DNA of 59,483 bases from an uncultured Bacteroidales bacterium. Its GTDB lineage: Bacteria > Bacteroidota > Bacteroidia > Bacteroidales > UBA7960. Positions 57,995 through 59,483 of the stretch are shown piece by piece. The stretch covers positions 1-59,483 of the forward strand of contig CAZPVB010000003.1 of assembly GCA_964589855.1 (NCBI GenBank). Direction: 5' to 3'. Within the stretch, counting starts at the first letter, position 1. The number at the start of each line of letters is the position of its first letter. The notes beneath the pieces are model-generated. The model had not been told where the DNA came from and did not search any database. It was given only the letters and a program-made list of their open reading frames with translations. A program made the translations under genes and the position numbers.

Positions 57995-59347
57995 TTATTT
58001 TTGTTTGGCAACATTCTTTTTTTTATGTAATTGCACTTTAATACTTTTAATTCTTCTGTTATCAACATTTTGTACGATAAAATCAAAATCCCTGAAAGAG
58101 ATTTTTTCTCCTTTAAAAGGGAGTTCTTGTTTTATTTCAAGGATCAATCCTGCCATGGTATCGGCTTCTCCTTTAATATCATCAAAATCACTATATGCAA
58201 CAGCAGTTATTTTACAGAAATCTTTCAGGAGCGTTTTCCCTTCAAAAATAAAAGTTTTTTCATCTATTTTGGAGAAAACGGTTTCTTCGATATCAAACTC
58301 ATCATTAATATCTCCAACAATTTCTTCGAGAATATCTTCAAGTGTTATAATGCCAGAAGTACCGCCATATTCATCCACCACAATTGCCATATGGATTTTT
58401 TTCTCCTGAAACTCTTTGAGAAGATCGTTGATCTTTTTGCTTTCCGGAACGAAAAAGCACTGACGAGTAAGCGTTTGCCATTGAAAATTATCTTTACTTT
58501 CCAGATAGGGTAGTAGATCTTTTATATAAAGCAATCCGGTAACATTGTCGAAACTATCTTTGAAAACAGGTATTCGACTGTAACCTGCATCAACAATGGT
58601 TTTGATCAGTTCATTGAAGGGTGTTTTTTCGTCAACGGCCACCACATCCATTCTGCTTTTCATGATCTCTCTGGCATAAATATTACCGAATTGAACAATG
58701 CCATAAAGTAATTTCTTATCTTCATCAGTTCCTTTTTCTTCGTGAGTTATGTCAATAGCATGAGACAATTCATCGGGGCTGATAGATGTTTTTTTTGCTA
58801 AAAATCTTTTATCGATAAAATTGGTCGAATTTACCAGCAGTTCGCTAAAAGGATAAAATATCTTTCGCAAAATGAGCATGGGTACCACCATAAAAAGAGC
58901 AAATTTCAGACTATTTTGTGTGGCATATACCTTTGGCAAAACCTCCGCAAAAAGCAGCAAAAGAAAAGTAACCACCACAATCTGAAAAACCAATCCAACC
59001 ATTCTGTGGTTTTCAAAATCAAACACCATAGACATAACAAAAGAGGAAAGAATAATGATGGAGAGATTAACAAAAATGTTTGTAATCAGGATGGTTGCCA
59101 AAAGGCGTTTGGGTTTTTCCATCAATTTTACGGTCAATGAAGATCTGTTGTCGTTTTTTTGTTTTACTTCATCAAGTTGTTTTGGGGTAAGAGAAAAAAA
59201 TGCTAATTCTGAACCGGATATCATGGCTGAGATGATCAATAAGACCAGCATCGCCAGAATCCCTATAGCTGCTTCCGTGTTGATTGTTCTGAATAATGTG
59301 AGTATGATTGATAAATAACACGAATAAGGGTCAGGTGAATCTTCCAA
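57995..59347 (-). CDS. gldE: Gliding motility-associated protein GldE (DUF21-CBS-CorC)
   Basis: SGSELAFFSL, EVLPKVYA, YSRIPVF and VVDEYGGTSGIITLEDILEEIVG; TTG start. TAATTTTG box at 59377-59370. Confidence 0.92.
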   Translation of the reverse strand: MEDSPDPYSCYLSIILTLFRTINTEAAIGILAMLVLLIISAMISGSELAFFSLTPKQLDEVKQKNDNRSSLTVKLMEKPKRLLATILITNIFVNLSIIILSSFVMSMVFDFENHRMVGLVFQIVVVTFLLLLFAEVLPKVYATQNSLKFALFMVVPMLILRKIFYPFSELLVNSTNFIDKRFLAKKTSISPDELSHAIDITHEEKGTDEDKKLLYGIVQFGNIYAREIMKSRMDVVAVDEKTPFNELIKTIVDAGYSRIPVFKDSFDNVTGLLYIKDLLPYLESKDNFQWQTLTRQCFFVPESKKINDLLKEFQEKKIHMAIVVDEYGGTSGIITLEDILEEIVGDINDEFDIEETVFSKIDEKTFIFEGKTLLKDFCKITAVAYSDFDDIKGEADTMAGLILEIKQELPFKGEKISFRDFDFIVQNVDNRRIKSIKVQLHKKKNVAKQK

Positions 59348-59483
59348 TTTTAATTTGCTTTGATTTAGTGCAAAATTACAACAAAAAATATCACAAAGTC
59401 AAGTTTTCTAAAATAGAGATATTAATTCATGAGTCCACTCCGAAAACAAGTTTTCGGGAAATTCGTGAAAATTCTATGTTTTT

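Overview
A gene-dense, AT-rich chromosomal window from a Bacteroidota bacterium, probably Bacteroidales. The evidence is TAnnTTTG -7 promoter boxes, gldD/gldE, a T9SS cargo protein and PorG-like genes beside uppS-bamA. Most of it is housekeeping: bamA (partial), uppS, nadK, rodA/mrdA, cysQ, leuS, groES/EL, secG, lptE, metG, tRNA-Arg(CCT), kbl, ctpA, yidD, rnpA, pta-ackA, pheS and gldDE. An accessory block at about 39.8-51.4 kb encodes a ~3,000-aa T9SS surface protein and a Fib_succ_major/InlB-repeat/DUF1566 protein, followed by a 153-bp palindromic tandem repeat. Four signals stand out. (1) An ECF-type promoter, TGTAACTTT-N14-CGTC, occurs three times with identical spacing: before an ECF sigma gene, its putative anti-sigma, and a DUF2807/beta-barrel gene 17 kb away. 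(2) A sigma-54-like promoter and TGACA-N3-TGACA boxes lie before groES, and the same box lies over the predicted start site of the nearby sigma-54 activator gene, suggesting a chaperone control circuit. (3) A 123-bp hairpin has an ERIC/IRU-like core with compensatory changes. (4) RnpA carries a ~45-aa insertion. I found no CRISPR array, transposase, integrase or reverse transcriptase. All family assignments come from motif recognition, not database searches.
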